Below, piece after piece: positions 52,569 through 62,335 of a stretch of 64,000 bases of DNA. The stretch lies in NCBI GenBank assembly GCA_030681135.1, contig JAUXXF010000033.1, positions 8,176 through 72,175 of the forward strand. The letters are read 5' to 3'. The DNA comes from Chlamydiales bacterium. GTDB taxonomy: Bacteria > Chlamydiota > Chlamydiia > Chlamydiales > SM23-39. The translations under genes and the position numbers were made by a program. Within the stretch, counting starts at the first letter, position 1. Every line of letters begins with the position of its first letter. A model generated the notes under the pieces. It made no database searches. It was not told where the DNA came from and was given only the letters and a program-made list of their open reading frames with translations.

Positions 52569-55061
52569 ATGATTGCCTTAAAGGTATACATGCTCCGCTT
52601 TGTGTTTTTTGCAGCAATTCTTCCTCTCAGCTGTTTTGCTATTTCTTCTAAAGCAACTGAAAACTGTCTTGACGGCAAACAACACTATCGAGCAACTATT
52701 CGCCATATTGAAAGCGGCGGCATCGGCTATGAAGATGGATACACGACTCTCGAAGCCTTTCTTTCCTCAGATCCAAGTCAATGGGACGTCACTCCTTTTT
52801 TCGATGGAAGAGGTCATGTTTTTGATAACGGAAAATGGGCAGCTAACGCAGGCGTTGGACTAAGAGTTCTATGGGGAAACCGAGCTTATGGCATAAATAC
52901 TTATTACGATTATAGGAACACAGGTCGCTTTCACTCGAATCAAATCGGAGCAGGCCTTGAAACTCTTGGCGAAATCTTTGACTTTCGGATCAACGGCTAT
53001 TTGCCCATTAGCAAAAAAATCAGTAATCCTTATGACTCGACCTTTGGAACCTTTTCTGGTAATCAGCTGCTTATATCGCAAAAGTACCACTCTGCGATGA
53101 AAGGGGCTAATGCCGAATTTGGCTTTCACTTTGGAGGCTCTAAATCGTTTAATTTCTATGCAGCAGCAGGACCTTACTACTTCATAGGAAAAATTGATCC
53201 TGTAACCTGGGGCGGAAAAGCGAGAATTTCTGGCACGTTCAAAGACATTGTCACTTTGGAAATCAGCGACTCGTATGACAGAACCTTCCATAATAAATTC
53301 CAAGGGCAGATTTCCTTAAGCTTTTCCTTTGGCCCTAAGTCAAAAGTCAAAAAACAAGGACGCACTTGCAAAGTAGCAAATAGGCTAAATAACCGAATGC
53401 TGCAACCCGTGGATAGACAAGAGATCATTGTCATCGATAAAACAAGAAAAAACGCCGTTGCCATCAATCCCGCCACAGGACTCCCTTACTTTTTTGTGTT
53501 CGTCGATAACACAAGCAGTTCTAATGGCACCTATGAAAGTCCTTACCATAGCTTACTTCAAGCGCAAAACAATTCCTCTCCCAACAACATCATCTACGTA
53601 TTCCCTGGCGATGGAACAACCAAAGGAATGGACTCGGGGATCACTTTGAAAGCGAACCAGAAGTTTTGGGGCTCTGGCGTCAGCCACTCGATACAAACTA
53701 CTGAAGGGACAATCTCTATTCCTGCGCAAAGCAGCTCTTCTCCCACAATTACGAATACCAATATCGATACAGACGGTAATGCAATCATACTGGCTACTAA
53801 TAATGCCATAAGCGGCTTTACCATTACGTCTTCAATGAACGACGCCATCTTTGGAACTGATCCTCAAAGCGTAGAGGTCTCTTCTTGCACGTTCGAAAAC
53901 ACGACCACTTATCCAATCGAGGCTTCTTTTTCTGGAGATGCCTCTATATCCATAACAAACAATCAGTTTTTGAACAACGTCAACGGGATCTTTTTGAGTC
54001 TTAATGGAACATCTACCCTTGCCTGTTCAGACAATACGTTTACAGGTCAAACTTCTATCTCTAGCGTTCCACTGGAGATATCAGCAAATAGCAATACCCT
54101 CTTTGCCCAGATCGAAAACAACATCTTTAATGACAATGCAACTGGCAGCATTCGAGTCAGCTTGAATAACGTTCTTGAAGCTGATATCAGCGCGGCTAAC
54201 AATACGATGACAAATAATGGAACAGGATCTCAGGCCAGCTTAGGATCAAGCTTTGTGATCCTTCCGACTGGAACTACCAACAATTGCTCCATCTTATTAC
54301 AAGACAATACGTTTTCCAACAACACATCGAATTCTCTTTACCTGCATACCTCGGGTGCATTTACAACTCTTGCCATCACAGCATCTACAAACGTTATGTC
54401 TAATAATGGAGGCTCCGCTCTAGTCCTTGCAACTCCAGTGGATGCTTTGACGCTGCTTGCAACAGACAACATCATCAAGGAATGCAACGATAATGGAATT
54501 GCGACCATAAGCTCTGGGTCTACTACCACTGGCGTTATAACAATCAGCAACAACAAAATTACAAACAATACGTCAAATGGAATTGTTATAAGCCAAGACT
54601 TCTCAAGTCTTGATTTAACGATATTAAATAACGAAATTAATGGATGCCAAGGAACGGGAATTCTTAGTTTTCCCCCTACCGGGATCAACTCTTTAACATT
54701 GAATATTTCGGACAATACGATTAGCAATTGCCAAAATATAGGGGCCCAGAATGCAGCCTCAGGCATCAGTCTAGATGGCTATCTTAACCTTGCTGCTACA
54801 GTGGCAAATAACACTTTTGCAGATAATGTAAGCCCAAGTGTGGCGTTAGGCTTTTTTTCCTCTGGAAATCCTAACGTTTGTTTGACCCTGACAGGCAATA
54901 GCTGCAATACGAACCCAAGCTACTTTCTTACAAATCCAGGAAGCGGGGTCTTTCATTTAAGTCCTTGCAATGTAGACTCGGTCAACGTCGGGACAATCGA
55001 CACATCCGGCACGATCAATCTCGTCCAATCCTGCTCTAACCCTACTTCTTGTCCCCCTTAG
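52569..55061 (+). CDS. Inverse autotransporter (intimin/invasin-type beta-barrel) with parallel beta-helix passenger
   Basis: 830 aa with a signal peptide (alternative start Met8). The N-terminal barrel motif is NAGVGLRVLWGNRAYGINTYYDYRNTGRFHSNQIGAGLETLGEIFDFRINGYLPIS. The linker is RMLQPVDRQEIIVID. About 480 aa of Asn/Thr/Ser-rich ~22-aa repeats follow (NN.F.NN, SNN). Confidence 0.75.
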   Translation: MIALKVYMLRFVFFAAILPLSCFAISSKATENCLDGKQHYRATIRHIESGGIGYEDGYTTLEAFLSSDPSQWDVTPFFDGRGHVFDNGKWAANAGVGLRVLWGNRAYGINTYYDYRNTGRFHSNQIGAGLETLGEIFDFRINGYLPISKKISNPYDSTFGTFSGNQLLISQKYHSAMKGANAEFGFHFGGSKSFNFYAAAGPYYFIGKIDPVTWGGKARISGTFKDIVTLEISDSYDRTFHNKFQGQISLSFSFGPKSKVKKQGRTCKVANRLNNRMLQPVDRQEIIVIDKTRKNAVAINPATGLPYFFVFVDNTSSSNGTYESPYHSLLQAQNNSSPNNIIYVFPGDGTTKGMDSGITLKANQKFWGSGVSHSIQTTEGTISIPAQSSSSPTITNTNIDTDGNAIILATNNAISGFTITSSMNDAIFGTDPQSVEVSSCTFENTTTYPIEASFSGDASISITNNQFLNNVNGIFLSLNGTSTLACSDNTFTGQTSISSVPLEISANSNTLFAQIENNIFNDNATGSIRVSLNNVLEADISAANNTMTNNGTGSQASLGSSFVILPTGTTNNCSILLQDNTFSNNTSNSLYLHTSGAFTTLAITASTNVMSNNGGSALVLATPVDALTLLATDNIIKECNDNGIATISSGSTTTGVITISNNKITNNTSNGIVISQDFSSLDLTILNNEINGCQGTGILSFPPTGINSLTLNISDNTISNCQNIGAQNAASGISLDGYLNLAATVANNTFADNVSPSVALGFFSSGNPNVCLTLTGNSCNTNPSYFLTNPGSGVFHLSPCNVDSVNVGTIDTSGTINLVQSCSNPTSCPP

Positions 55062-55131
55062 AGAGGGTCTATTAAGTAAGTTTATCATAGCGTATTAGGC
55101 ATTCTTGCATAATTCCTACAATCTACATAGC

Positions 55132-55341
55132 CTATGAATCAGATAATTCCTTGCGTCGCAGGCAATAATAAATGACATAGAGCCAACTAAACCATCCATG
55201 AACAATGGCCCAAAGTACTGAAGAGTTGCGGCTCCAAGAAAGAATCATAGCTAAGATGGATCCGAAACTAACGAGAGTAAGAGCCATATATCCTGCGATC
55301 ATAAACAGGATAACTGAGATGCTGGATAGAAGATCGCCCAC
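55132..55341 (-). CDS. Small membrane protein (two predicted helices)
   Basis: 69-aa ORF: MGDLLSSISVILFMIAGYMALTLVSFGSILAMILSW...LWAIVHGWFSWLYVIYYCLRRK. Confidence 0.45.
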   Translation of the reverse strand: MGDLLSSISVILFMIAGYMALTLVSFGSILAMILSWSRNSSVLWAIVHGWFSWLYVIYYCLRRKELSDS

Positions 55342-55640
55342 TAGACACCTATTTGGTTTTCTGGCTTAGATAAATAAATCTTTTTTTGTAAAAAAATCTG
55401 GGTGCAAGATCGAACTTGCGACCAAGAGATTACTAGTCTCGACTGGCACAACACTAAAACACTTGGCAAATCTAGCAACATAAGGATTAAATGTTTAGAA
55501 TTTTTTTCTTGATACCGCTCAATGTTGCTTATTTTTCTTTTAAAGCCGATTTATCTTGTCCTTTGGCACAGAAATATCTTCCAGCTTTGGAAATAGTTGG
55601 GTCGGGAAAACTGCAGATGGTCTCGTTAGAACTCCCGAAA

Positions 55641-58600
55641 CTAAAAGTCTTTGCTAACCGTTATGTTTAACTCGCTTGACCAGTAGTTAAAGCCAAACTC
55701 TCCTTCATAACCAAAGTCTACTTTAACGGGCTTTTCTTTCCCGATGGCTGCGATAAAATTCAAACCCACAGATCCTAAATTGAGGTTTTGATTTACAGCC
55801 GTCACTGTAAAGCTACTAGGAGTTCCCACAAATGATGTGTTGACAGTCCCTGTGCCAAAAGGCTTTTCAAAGATATAGGAGGCCTTTTCTCTTAAGAAAA
55901 AAGAGCCCCAGCTCTGGTCCCATTTCTCACAGAATTTCAGACCTATTTCGCTGCGCACCATAGAGCTATCGTTCGCCTTTTGCTGTGCATTAAAAGGAGA
56001 GGCTCCATGTTCTTGATAACTTCTTTGCCAAGAAATTGCCCAATCTAGAGAAGTAAAGGGAATCATATCGCCCCAACAAAACTCTACGTCATATCCTACT
56101 TCCAAGTGAGGAACAAGCTGCCATACAAAGATGTCTGCATGAGCCTTTTCAGAAAAACCAGGGAAAGAAATATTCCTTGTATTGTCTGTTTCGTTAAATA
56201 AACCCCAAATAGCAGGAGATAGGTAGAAATCCTCTATAAAATAATTTCCATACACAGAGGCGAAACCATAGTTGATATGGCCATGGCCTGCGTTGTTTTC
56301 TTCATAATAATGAGTATGAGCATATCCAAGTGAGCCGCCCGCGAGCCCTCTATTTTCTCCCTGATAATCTAATCCAGCAAGAACGGCTTCTGAGATAAAG
56401 TTGAAGGACGGGTTTTCTAGAGAGGCTGCTTGGTGTGCAAATTCTCCAAAGCCTGATATCCAAGCAGAGAACTTGTTTTTAGGCTCTTTACTTCTCGCAG
56501 GGTTAGCAATTCGATCTGTAGTATCTGCTGTAAGCGCTGAGAGAAAATGATCTTGCGAAAATTCTTTTCCAGAAAATCTAAAACCATCGATGCGAGAACT
56601 GACAAGCCTACTAAGAGAAAATGCTGTCTGGGCTGTGATATAGGTCCCAAAGGCATTTCTAGAGGGCGATACACTTGTTAATGCTTGCTTCAATTCATCT
56701 CCGGAAAGAGCTGCTAAAGACATAAATCCGCTTGAGGAAGGAGCCTCTGCATTTAAATAATTTGCCACAATCTGAAGATTTCCATGAAGTCCTTGCACTG
56801 GTATAGCCAACACGTAATTTAAATAAATATCATTTCCAAGATAGGATAAATCGAACGTAAATCCGGGAATCGTATTAATAGAGGAAAAGACACCATTTAA
56901 AGAGCCTGCTGTTAAAATTTGATAACTTCCTTGGCGTGGAAAAACACCTTGATCTTGAATAATTTGTAATACCCCATCAACTAAAGCGCTTCCTGTTACA
57001 TTTACTCGAGAGGATGCTGTAGGGTTTATTTCAATAGCAGTGGTTGAACCAGAGTGTAAAACAAGACTACCAAGATTGATTGTTCCAATGGAATTACCAG
57101 GAGAAAGCACGCCTCCATTTTCAATATTAGCCCCGCCGCCAATCGTTCCAGAGCCCTTTAGAGTTCCTCCAAAATTGACTGTGACATCTCCAGGAACTGA
57201 CCCGTTAATAGACAAAACTCCTTCTTGAATTGAAGTTAGACCTGTATAGGTGTTTACGCCTGATAATGTCTGGATGCCAGGCCCTTGCTTTGTTAATAGT
57301 AAAGGGGTAGCTAAATGATCCTGAATGCTTCCTGAAAAAAGGCCATTTGTAGAAGAATCTGTGTTGATCATTAGCGAGGGAATAGATTGTACAACACTTG
57401 TGCTATCGCCATTGAGTTCTCCGATCGTAAAAGAAGGAAGAGATGTTTCAATATCTAGCATAACATCTTTTAAGACAATATTTGCATTCCCTCCCGAATT
57501 GGCGCCTTGGATAAAAAGGCCTATATCGGAGATGCGCACTCCTTCATTGATTGCCTGAATTGTAACCTTGCCACTTGATACAATAAAGCCTTCATTGAAT
57601 GAAATTTGCGTTCCTTCAACAGTGCCATTATTCGTTGTAGAAATCACAGAGCCATCGCCTAGAGTCACTGTACCATTAAATAATGCCTGTGAACCTGAAA
57701 CGTAACCGATATAATTCGTTTCATCTCCTGTATTAGTGGCTGTGTTAGTAATAGATATATTTAAATTGGTTCCAGCAATGAAATTCCCACCTACTTCCAA
57801 TTGACTGAGATTTACATAACCAGTTTGGTTAGATGTGCTTTCATTGCTATTTGTCCCATTGTTGGAAATGACGATGTCTGCATCATCGCCTAAACTGCAT
57901 GCATCCTGAAAATAAACTTGTTGAGCACCTACAGAACCAATCAAGTTATTTCCTGCTCCGCTTCCTGTGTCTTCCCCAGTATTTTCAACTTGTAAACGAA
58001 AAGAATCACCCGAAGAAAAATGACTTACAGCTTTAAATTGCGCACTTCCTATAACACCGGCGTAACTTATAGGATTCACCGTATTGCCACTAAAAATCCC
58101 CTGATTGCTTACATGAATCGTTGAGTCATTTCGAAGGACAGTAGAAGAATTAAATAAAAGCTGACTTCCTGAAACAGTTCCGACGCCATTCGGATTGATA
58201 GAATCGCTGCTATCTGTTCCGCTATTTGTTATCGAGAAATTTAACAAGTCATTTCCCTGAAATCCCCCATTAAATGTCATTTGATTACTGTTTAATTGAG
58301 CTACGCCAGTAAAGGCTCCTGTTTTGTTCCCACTACAAGTTCCACTATTTTGCGCAACAAAAGCAGCCTGTTTGCCAACGGTGCAAGAATTATTAAACAT
58401 CACTTGATCGCCATCGGAACCAATCGTAGTGATACATCCAACGTAGGTCAATCCACTACCGCTACCACTATCGATACCAACATTTGTTGCAGTCAGGCTA
58501 AGATCATCACCTGCCACAAATTGTGTATTTACAAGGAATTGATGTTCATAAACATTCCCCACATATAGTAAGTTACTTCCATTAGTTCCACTATTACCAC

Positions 58601-59534
58601 TATTTTCACCATAATTCGAAACTGCAATTGAATTAGAATCGCCTAAATTACATGTATTGCCAAAGCTAATTTGCGAAGATCCAACTGCTCCTATAGAGCT
58701 ACCACCTTCAGATGTACCGGTATTTACTCCATTATTTGTTACAGAAAAATCCAATGCATCACCAGAAAAAAAAGAATCTGCATTATAGTATTGGCCATTT
58801 AATACAACTCCAATGCTATTTCCAGTCAGGCTATTACTGCCGCTATAGGTGCCGCTGTTAGAAAGAGAAATAGTCACATGATCTTCAATACTATTAACAT
58901 TATTCATCTGCGCTTGATAGGCAGTCATATAGGAAATTTGATTCCCACCTGTTCCATGAGAACTATCACTTCCTATGTTTGTTAAAGTAAGAGATCCTTC
59001 ATTCAACATAGAGAAGGGCCCTTGCACAAACAATTGATTGTCCAGGTTACTGAGCATAACACCTGAACTATTCAACAATTGCGATCCTGTATTGATTATA
59101 TTTAAAACAGCACTCCCTGAAGAAGAAGGATTGTTTCGATTGAACGAGACTTGATTATCTAGAGCAGTAAGATTATTTGTGTTTGTCACATTCAGCGTCG
59201 CATTTGTTTGCAAACCAGTAATGCCAAGTCCATTTAATGCAACCGTATGATCATTAAAATAAATTGTAAATGGAGATGCACTGTGTGAAAAAAGAATCGA
59301 ACAGACAGAAAAATTATCCCCTGATTGAGTAGGATTCACATCTACATTTTCAATAGAACTGTCAAAAACAACTTGTACCACTCCTGTAGGGACTCCCGTA
59401 GGATTCCAATTTCCAGGAGCATTCATATCCTGTTCTGGACTTTCCGCAATCCAGGTAGACGATGAGATTACAGCACTCAACGGTGCAAAAATTGTTAGTA
59501 CAAAAACAAAAACTATATTTTTAAAGCATGACAT
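55641..59534 (-). CDS. Classical (type Va) autotransporter / Pmp-like adhesin
   Basis: 1297 aa with a signal peptide. The passenger is long, Asn/Gly/Ser/Thr-rich and repetitive. PATR-like repeats are present (GTLKGSGTIGGGANIENGGVLSPGNSIGTINLGSLVL). The C-terminal ~280 aa are beta-barrel-like and end ...WSSELNITVSKDF. Confidence 0.85.
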   Translation of the reverse strand: MSCFKNIVFVFVLTIFAPLSAVISSSTWIAESPEQDMNAPGNWNPTGVPTGVVQVVFDSSIENVDVNPTQSGDNFSVCSILFSHSASPFTIYFNDHTVALNGLGITGLQTNATLNVTNTNNLTALDNQVSFNRNNPSSSGSAVLNIINTGSQLLNSSGVMLSNLDNQLFVQGPFSMLNEGSLTLTNIGSDSSHGTGGNQISYMTAYQAQMNNVNSIEDHVTISLSNSGTYSGSNSLTGNSIGVVLNGQYYNADSFFSGDALDFSVTNNGVNTGTSEGGSSIGAVGSSQISFGNTCNLGDSNSIAVSNYGENSGNSGTNGSNLLYVGNVYEHQFLVNTQFVAGDDLSLTATNVGIDSGSGSGLTYVGCITTIGSDGDQVMFNNSCTVGKQAAFVAQNSGTCSGNKTGAFTGVAQLNSNQMTFNGGFQGNDLLNFSITNSGTDSSDSINPNGVGTVSGSQLLFNSSTVLRNDSTIHVSNQGIFSGNTVNPISYAGVIGSAQFKAVSHFSSGDSFRLQVENTGEDTGSGAGNNLIGSVGAQQVYFQDACSLGDDADIVISNNGTNSNESTSNQTGYVNLSQLEVGGNFIAGTNLNISITNTATNTGDETNYIGYVSGSQALFNGTVTLGDGSVISTTNNGTVEGTQISFNEGFIVSSGKVTIQAINEGVRISDIGLFIQGANSGGNANIVLKDVMLDIETSLPSFTIGELNGDSTSVVQSIPSLMINTDSSTNGLFSGSIQDHLATPLLLTKQGPGIQTLSGVNTYTGLTSIQEGVLSINGSVPGDVTVNFGGTLKGSGTIGGGANIENGGVLSPGNSIGTINLGSLVLHSGSTTAIEINPTASSRVNVTGSALVDGVLQIIQDQGVFPRQGSYQILTAGSLNGVFSSINTIPGFTFDLSYLGNDIYLNYVLAIPVQGLHGNLQIVANYLNAEAPSSSGFMSLAALSGDELKQALTSVSPSRNAFGTYITAQTAFSLSRLVSSRIDGFRFSGKEFSQDHFLSALTADTTDRIANPARSKEPKNKFSAWISGFGEFAHQAASLENPSFNFISEAVLAGLDYQGENRGLAGGSLGYAHTHYYEENNAGHGHINYGFASVYGNYFIEDFYLSPAIWGLFNETDNTRNISFPGFSEKAHADIFVWQLVPHLEVGYDVEFCWGDMIPFTSLDWAISWQRSYQEHGASPFNAQQKANDSSMVRSEIGLKFCEKWDQSWGSFFLREKASYIFEKPFGTGTVNTSFVGTPSSFTVTAVNQNLNLGSVGLNFIAAIGKEKPVKVDFGYEGEFGFNYWSSELNITVSKDF

Positions 59535-59694
59535 TTTTTCTTTGTAACAGCTACATCCATATTTGATAAATTGGTTTCTTCACTTATAGTAATTTCTTCG
59601 ATCTTTCTGAATAGATTCACTCTGCACAGCTCTGGATGACAGAGAATGGGCAATAACTAAAAGTTATTTTTGATAATTGGCATGAAATTGAGAG

Positions 59695-59749
59695 AATCGC
59701 TTAAATTTCAATTGAAACAATGTACCCCAGAAGACACAATTAGGTTATA
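59695..59749. repeat. 55-bp direct repeat, copy A (pseudo-5' end of the monooxygenase gene)
   Basis: 50 of 55 positions are identical to 62281-62335. It includes a decayed start (atg tac ccc aga aga cac aat tag). Confidence 0.85.
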
Positions 59750-59764
59750 TATACCCAAGTAATC

Positions 59765-60804
59765 TCAAAAATTGGTCGCAGGCGCCCGAATAGGCCTGAA
59801 TTTATCCCTCACTCGACCCCTCAATGTTTGACCTAAAATAGACTCCGCAGTCACAGTTGATAACGCTGCGAAAAATCCAAAAATTGCTCCTTTAAAATCT
59901 TCAAAATGTTCGTAATACGTGTTGTAAATCACCCTCTTTTTCATCCACTTCCACACTCGTTCTATCGGATTCAGATTGGGGCTGTAGGGCGGTAAAAAAT
60001 GTAGGCAGACCTTCGAGGTTTCCAGATACTAGACCTCTTTCGAAATTAAGGTTCTGTCGATTTTAGAGTTCTTTTGAGCCAAATTTCGTTTGCTTTTAGG
60101 GGGGTAATATCGACTTCCTGTATATGCCCCCCCTAAAAGCAAACGAAATTTGGCCAAAATAATCTCTAAAATCGACGAACCCTTAAATTCGAAAGAGGTC
60201 TACTGTTTAACTGCCTTATTTCGATAATACGATGCATTGTCACAAAATACGTGAATTTTGCGTTTATTCGAGTACGCTTCCTCGATTTTTTTGAAAAACA
60301 AATTGTGGATTCTGCATTTAAGGTTTGATCCTCTTGGATCACAATGTTATGGCTGACAACACCAATGATCCCAGAAAGATTAAGTCTTTCACGTCCTGTA
60401 TTTGCCGGAATCTCTTTGCGCACACCTTTTTTGATCCATCCATAGGCAGGTTGTACATTATGTGTCGGATGAACACCGTCCATAAAACAGATAGTTTCAT
60501 CTACAGGAAGCTCCTGTCGGAGTTTTTCATATTTAGCCAACCACTTTTGTTGCTGTTCTTTGTTGGCCTTACCGGGCACCATTGCAGGTTTTTTATAGGA
60601 AAAAGAATGTCTCTGCAGCCAACTTCTCAGGTCATGGACAGTATAGAAAACTCAAAAAGCTGCTTCGACATAAGCTACGATATCTTTGACGTAAAGATAC
60701 GTATGTGTTTGCAGATGAGCTTCGAGTTTCTGAGAACTTTTTGATTTTTCGGTTAATACTGCTTGCTTTTGTGCTACAATATGCCCAAATTGTGCCATTA
60801 CCAT
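59765..60804 (-). mobile_element. IS630/Tc1-mariner-family transposase gene remnant (frameshifted, 5'-truncated, interrupted by a MITE)
   Basis: Fragments read, in order: ...YTVHDLRSWLQRHSFSYKKPAMVPGKANKEQQ..., CFMDGVHPTHN, KIHVFCDNASYYRNKAVKQ and YLETSKVCLHFLPPYSPNLNPIERVWKWMKKRV. They lie in at least three different frames. Confidence 0.85.
60032..60201. mobile_element. 170-bp palindromic MITE inserted inside the transposase gene, flanked by TA
   Basis: Arms of about 74 nt (agacctctttcgaa...ccaaatttcgtttgcttttagggggg and its reverse complement) flank a 22-nt centre. The element splits the transposase between ...NKAVKQ and YLETSK... TA dinucleotides sit at both junctions. Confidence 0.8.
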
Positions 60805-60842
60805 TCACCCAAAAGGAATTTTCTTGTCGGGCAAAATAGCAT

Positions 60843-62153
60843 CTAGAAAAAATTAAAATCTTCATATTCGATATCGTTCTTTTTAACGGATAAAGCTACG
60901 AATTGCTTTCGCACACCGTAGGTTAATTTTTTAGGTCCACACATAAAAATCTTACGATCTCTATAGTCAGGACATGTTTTTATAATTTCAGCAGCACAAA
61001 GCCTTTTGCCCTCCTCAGAGCAAAAAGTGAAAATTCGAATTCCAGAAACACCCTGTTTAAGTACCTCAAATTCTTTAAGAACTGCCAAGTCAACCCTTTT
61101 ATGACAACAGAAAAAAAGGTCGATAGTTTTTCCGTGATTTGATTTAAGAGAATGCATCCAAGATAAAAACAAAGCGATTCCTATGCCTCCTGCAATCCAA
61201 ATTTGCTTTTGATGCAATCGATAATCAAGACATCCGTAAGGTCCCTCTAAAAATGCTGTCCAGTTAGGCCGAAGAGATCCCTGAAGAGCTTTTGTATAAT
61301 CTCCCCTATTTTTAACATAAATTAATAAGTCATTATATTGACCATTTCTAGCTAGAGTAAATGGATGTTGTTCTTTAGAAAAATTAGGTTCTTCAAAGTG
61401 GATAAATGCGTATTGCCCTGGGACAAAAGAGATAATCCTATCTTTTGCTCGTAAAGTAACCTTAGTAAGAGTTTCACCCATGACTTCAGCCTTAACAACT
61501 GTATATTCAAAAGGTTTTACAAAGAATGAGAAAAAAAGTTGTTTGTAAATAGCACTAACGAAGCCTATCAAGGCTGAGAAATACAATATTGCTGTCGATA
61601 AACCACTCCCTAAAGTCTTGCGCGATAAAAAAAAGTGAAGAAAACTAATTAAGAAAACAACACTCATCCATTGGTGGATTTTTTTCCATATATGATAAGG
61701 CAGCAACTTAAAGATCGTAATAGTCAGAATCAGCGTCATAGAAAGAAAAGCATAAGAACCTAAATTAATTGAAAGCCTATGGTGCACTGGAAATACATAT
61801 AAAAAAAATGAACTTAAGCCTTTTGGAGCCCACTTTAAAGCAAAAGTGAAAACATGCATCAGCAAACAAGCAAATCCTACTTTACCCAAAAACTGATGAT
61901 ATCGAAAAATCTTATCAAGACCTCCAAGCCAGTCTTCTAATTTTCTCCACCTTGTAATCAATAAAAGAGAAGTTGAAAAAAAAATAAAACTTGCAGCCCC
62001 AAAAAAAGACCCTATGCAATTAATTTTGTGAAAAAACCCTCTAAAATCGCAAACGCTTAGATTAAATGCCATCCATATCGCTAGGAAGATCCAGGGAAAA
62101 GATTTTATAAACTGAGATAGATAAACTTTCTTCATTAAATTTTTTTTTAGCAC
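60843..62153 (-). CDS. NOX/ferric-reductase-like flavocytochrome (6-TM heme domain fused to FAD/NAD(P)H-binding domain)
   Basis: 436 aa. His pairs sit in TM helices with 14 and 13 residue spacing (YHQFLGKVGFACLLMH and IHQWMSVVFLISFLH). The FAD motif is HPFTLA. NAD(P)H motifs are EGPYG, IAGGIGIALF and MCGPKKL. The C-terminus is aromatic (...NFF). Confidence 0.8.
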   Translation of the reverse strand: MLKKNLMKKVYLSQFIKSFPWIFLAIWMAFNLSVCDFRGFFHKINCIGSFFGAASFIFFSTSLLLITRWRKLEDWLGGLDKIFRYHQFLGKVGFACLLMHVFTFALKWAPKGLSSFFLYVFPVHHRLSINLGSYAFLSMTLILTITIFKLLPYHIWKKIHQWMSVVFLISFLHFFLSRKTLGSGLSTAILYFSALIGFVSAIYKQLFFSFFVKPFEYTVVKAEVMGETLTKVTLRAKDRIISFVPGQYAFIHFEEPNFSKEQHPFTLARNGQYNDLLIYVKNRGDYTKALQGSLRPNWTAFLEGPYGCLDYRLHQKQIWIAGGIGIALFLSWMHSLKSNHGKTIDLFFCCHKRVDLAVLKEFEVLKQGVSGIRIFTFCSEEGKRLCAAEIIKTCPDYRDRKIFMCGPKKLTYGVRKQFVALSVKKNDIEYEDFNFF

Positions 62154-62280
62154 TACTCAATGCTATACAAAAACCAAAATAAATATCTCAAGGAATAATA
62201 AAAAAACTCCAGATACTGGGAACACTTCGAACTTATGACTGGCTAAGTCTCTCGCAAGCACTTTCAACTCTTTCAAGATT

Positions 62281-62335
62281 AATCGCTTAAATTTTAATTG
62301 CAACAATGCATCCCAGAAGACACAATAAGGTTATA
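62281..62335. repeat. 55-bp direct repeat, copy B (spans the functional start of the monooxygenase gene)
   Basis: See copy A. The ATG at 62306 lies inside the repeat. Confidence 0.85.

Noticed and set aside
55399-55470. tRNA-like fragment on the minus strand. It has a possible anticodon arm (GAGA-CTAGTAA-TCTC), a 5-nt variable loop and a T-arm-like hairpin (GCAAG-TTCGAT-CTTGC).
   Set aside because: The T-loop has 6 rather than 7 nt. There is no complementary 5' acceptor strand for the 3' ACCCAGA, no recognisable D-arm and no CCA context. At best it is a decayed tRNA remnant or a chance hairpin, not a functional tRNA gene.
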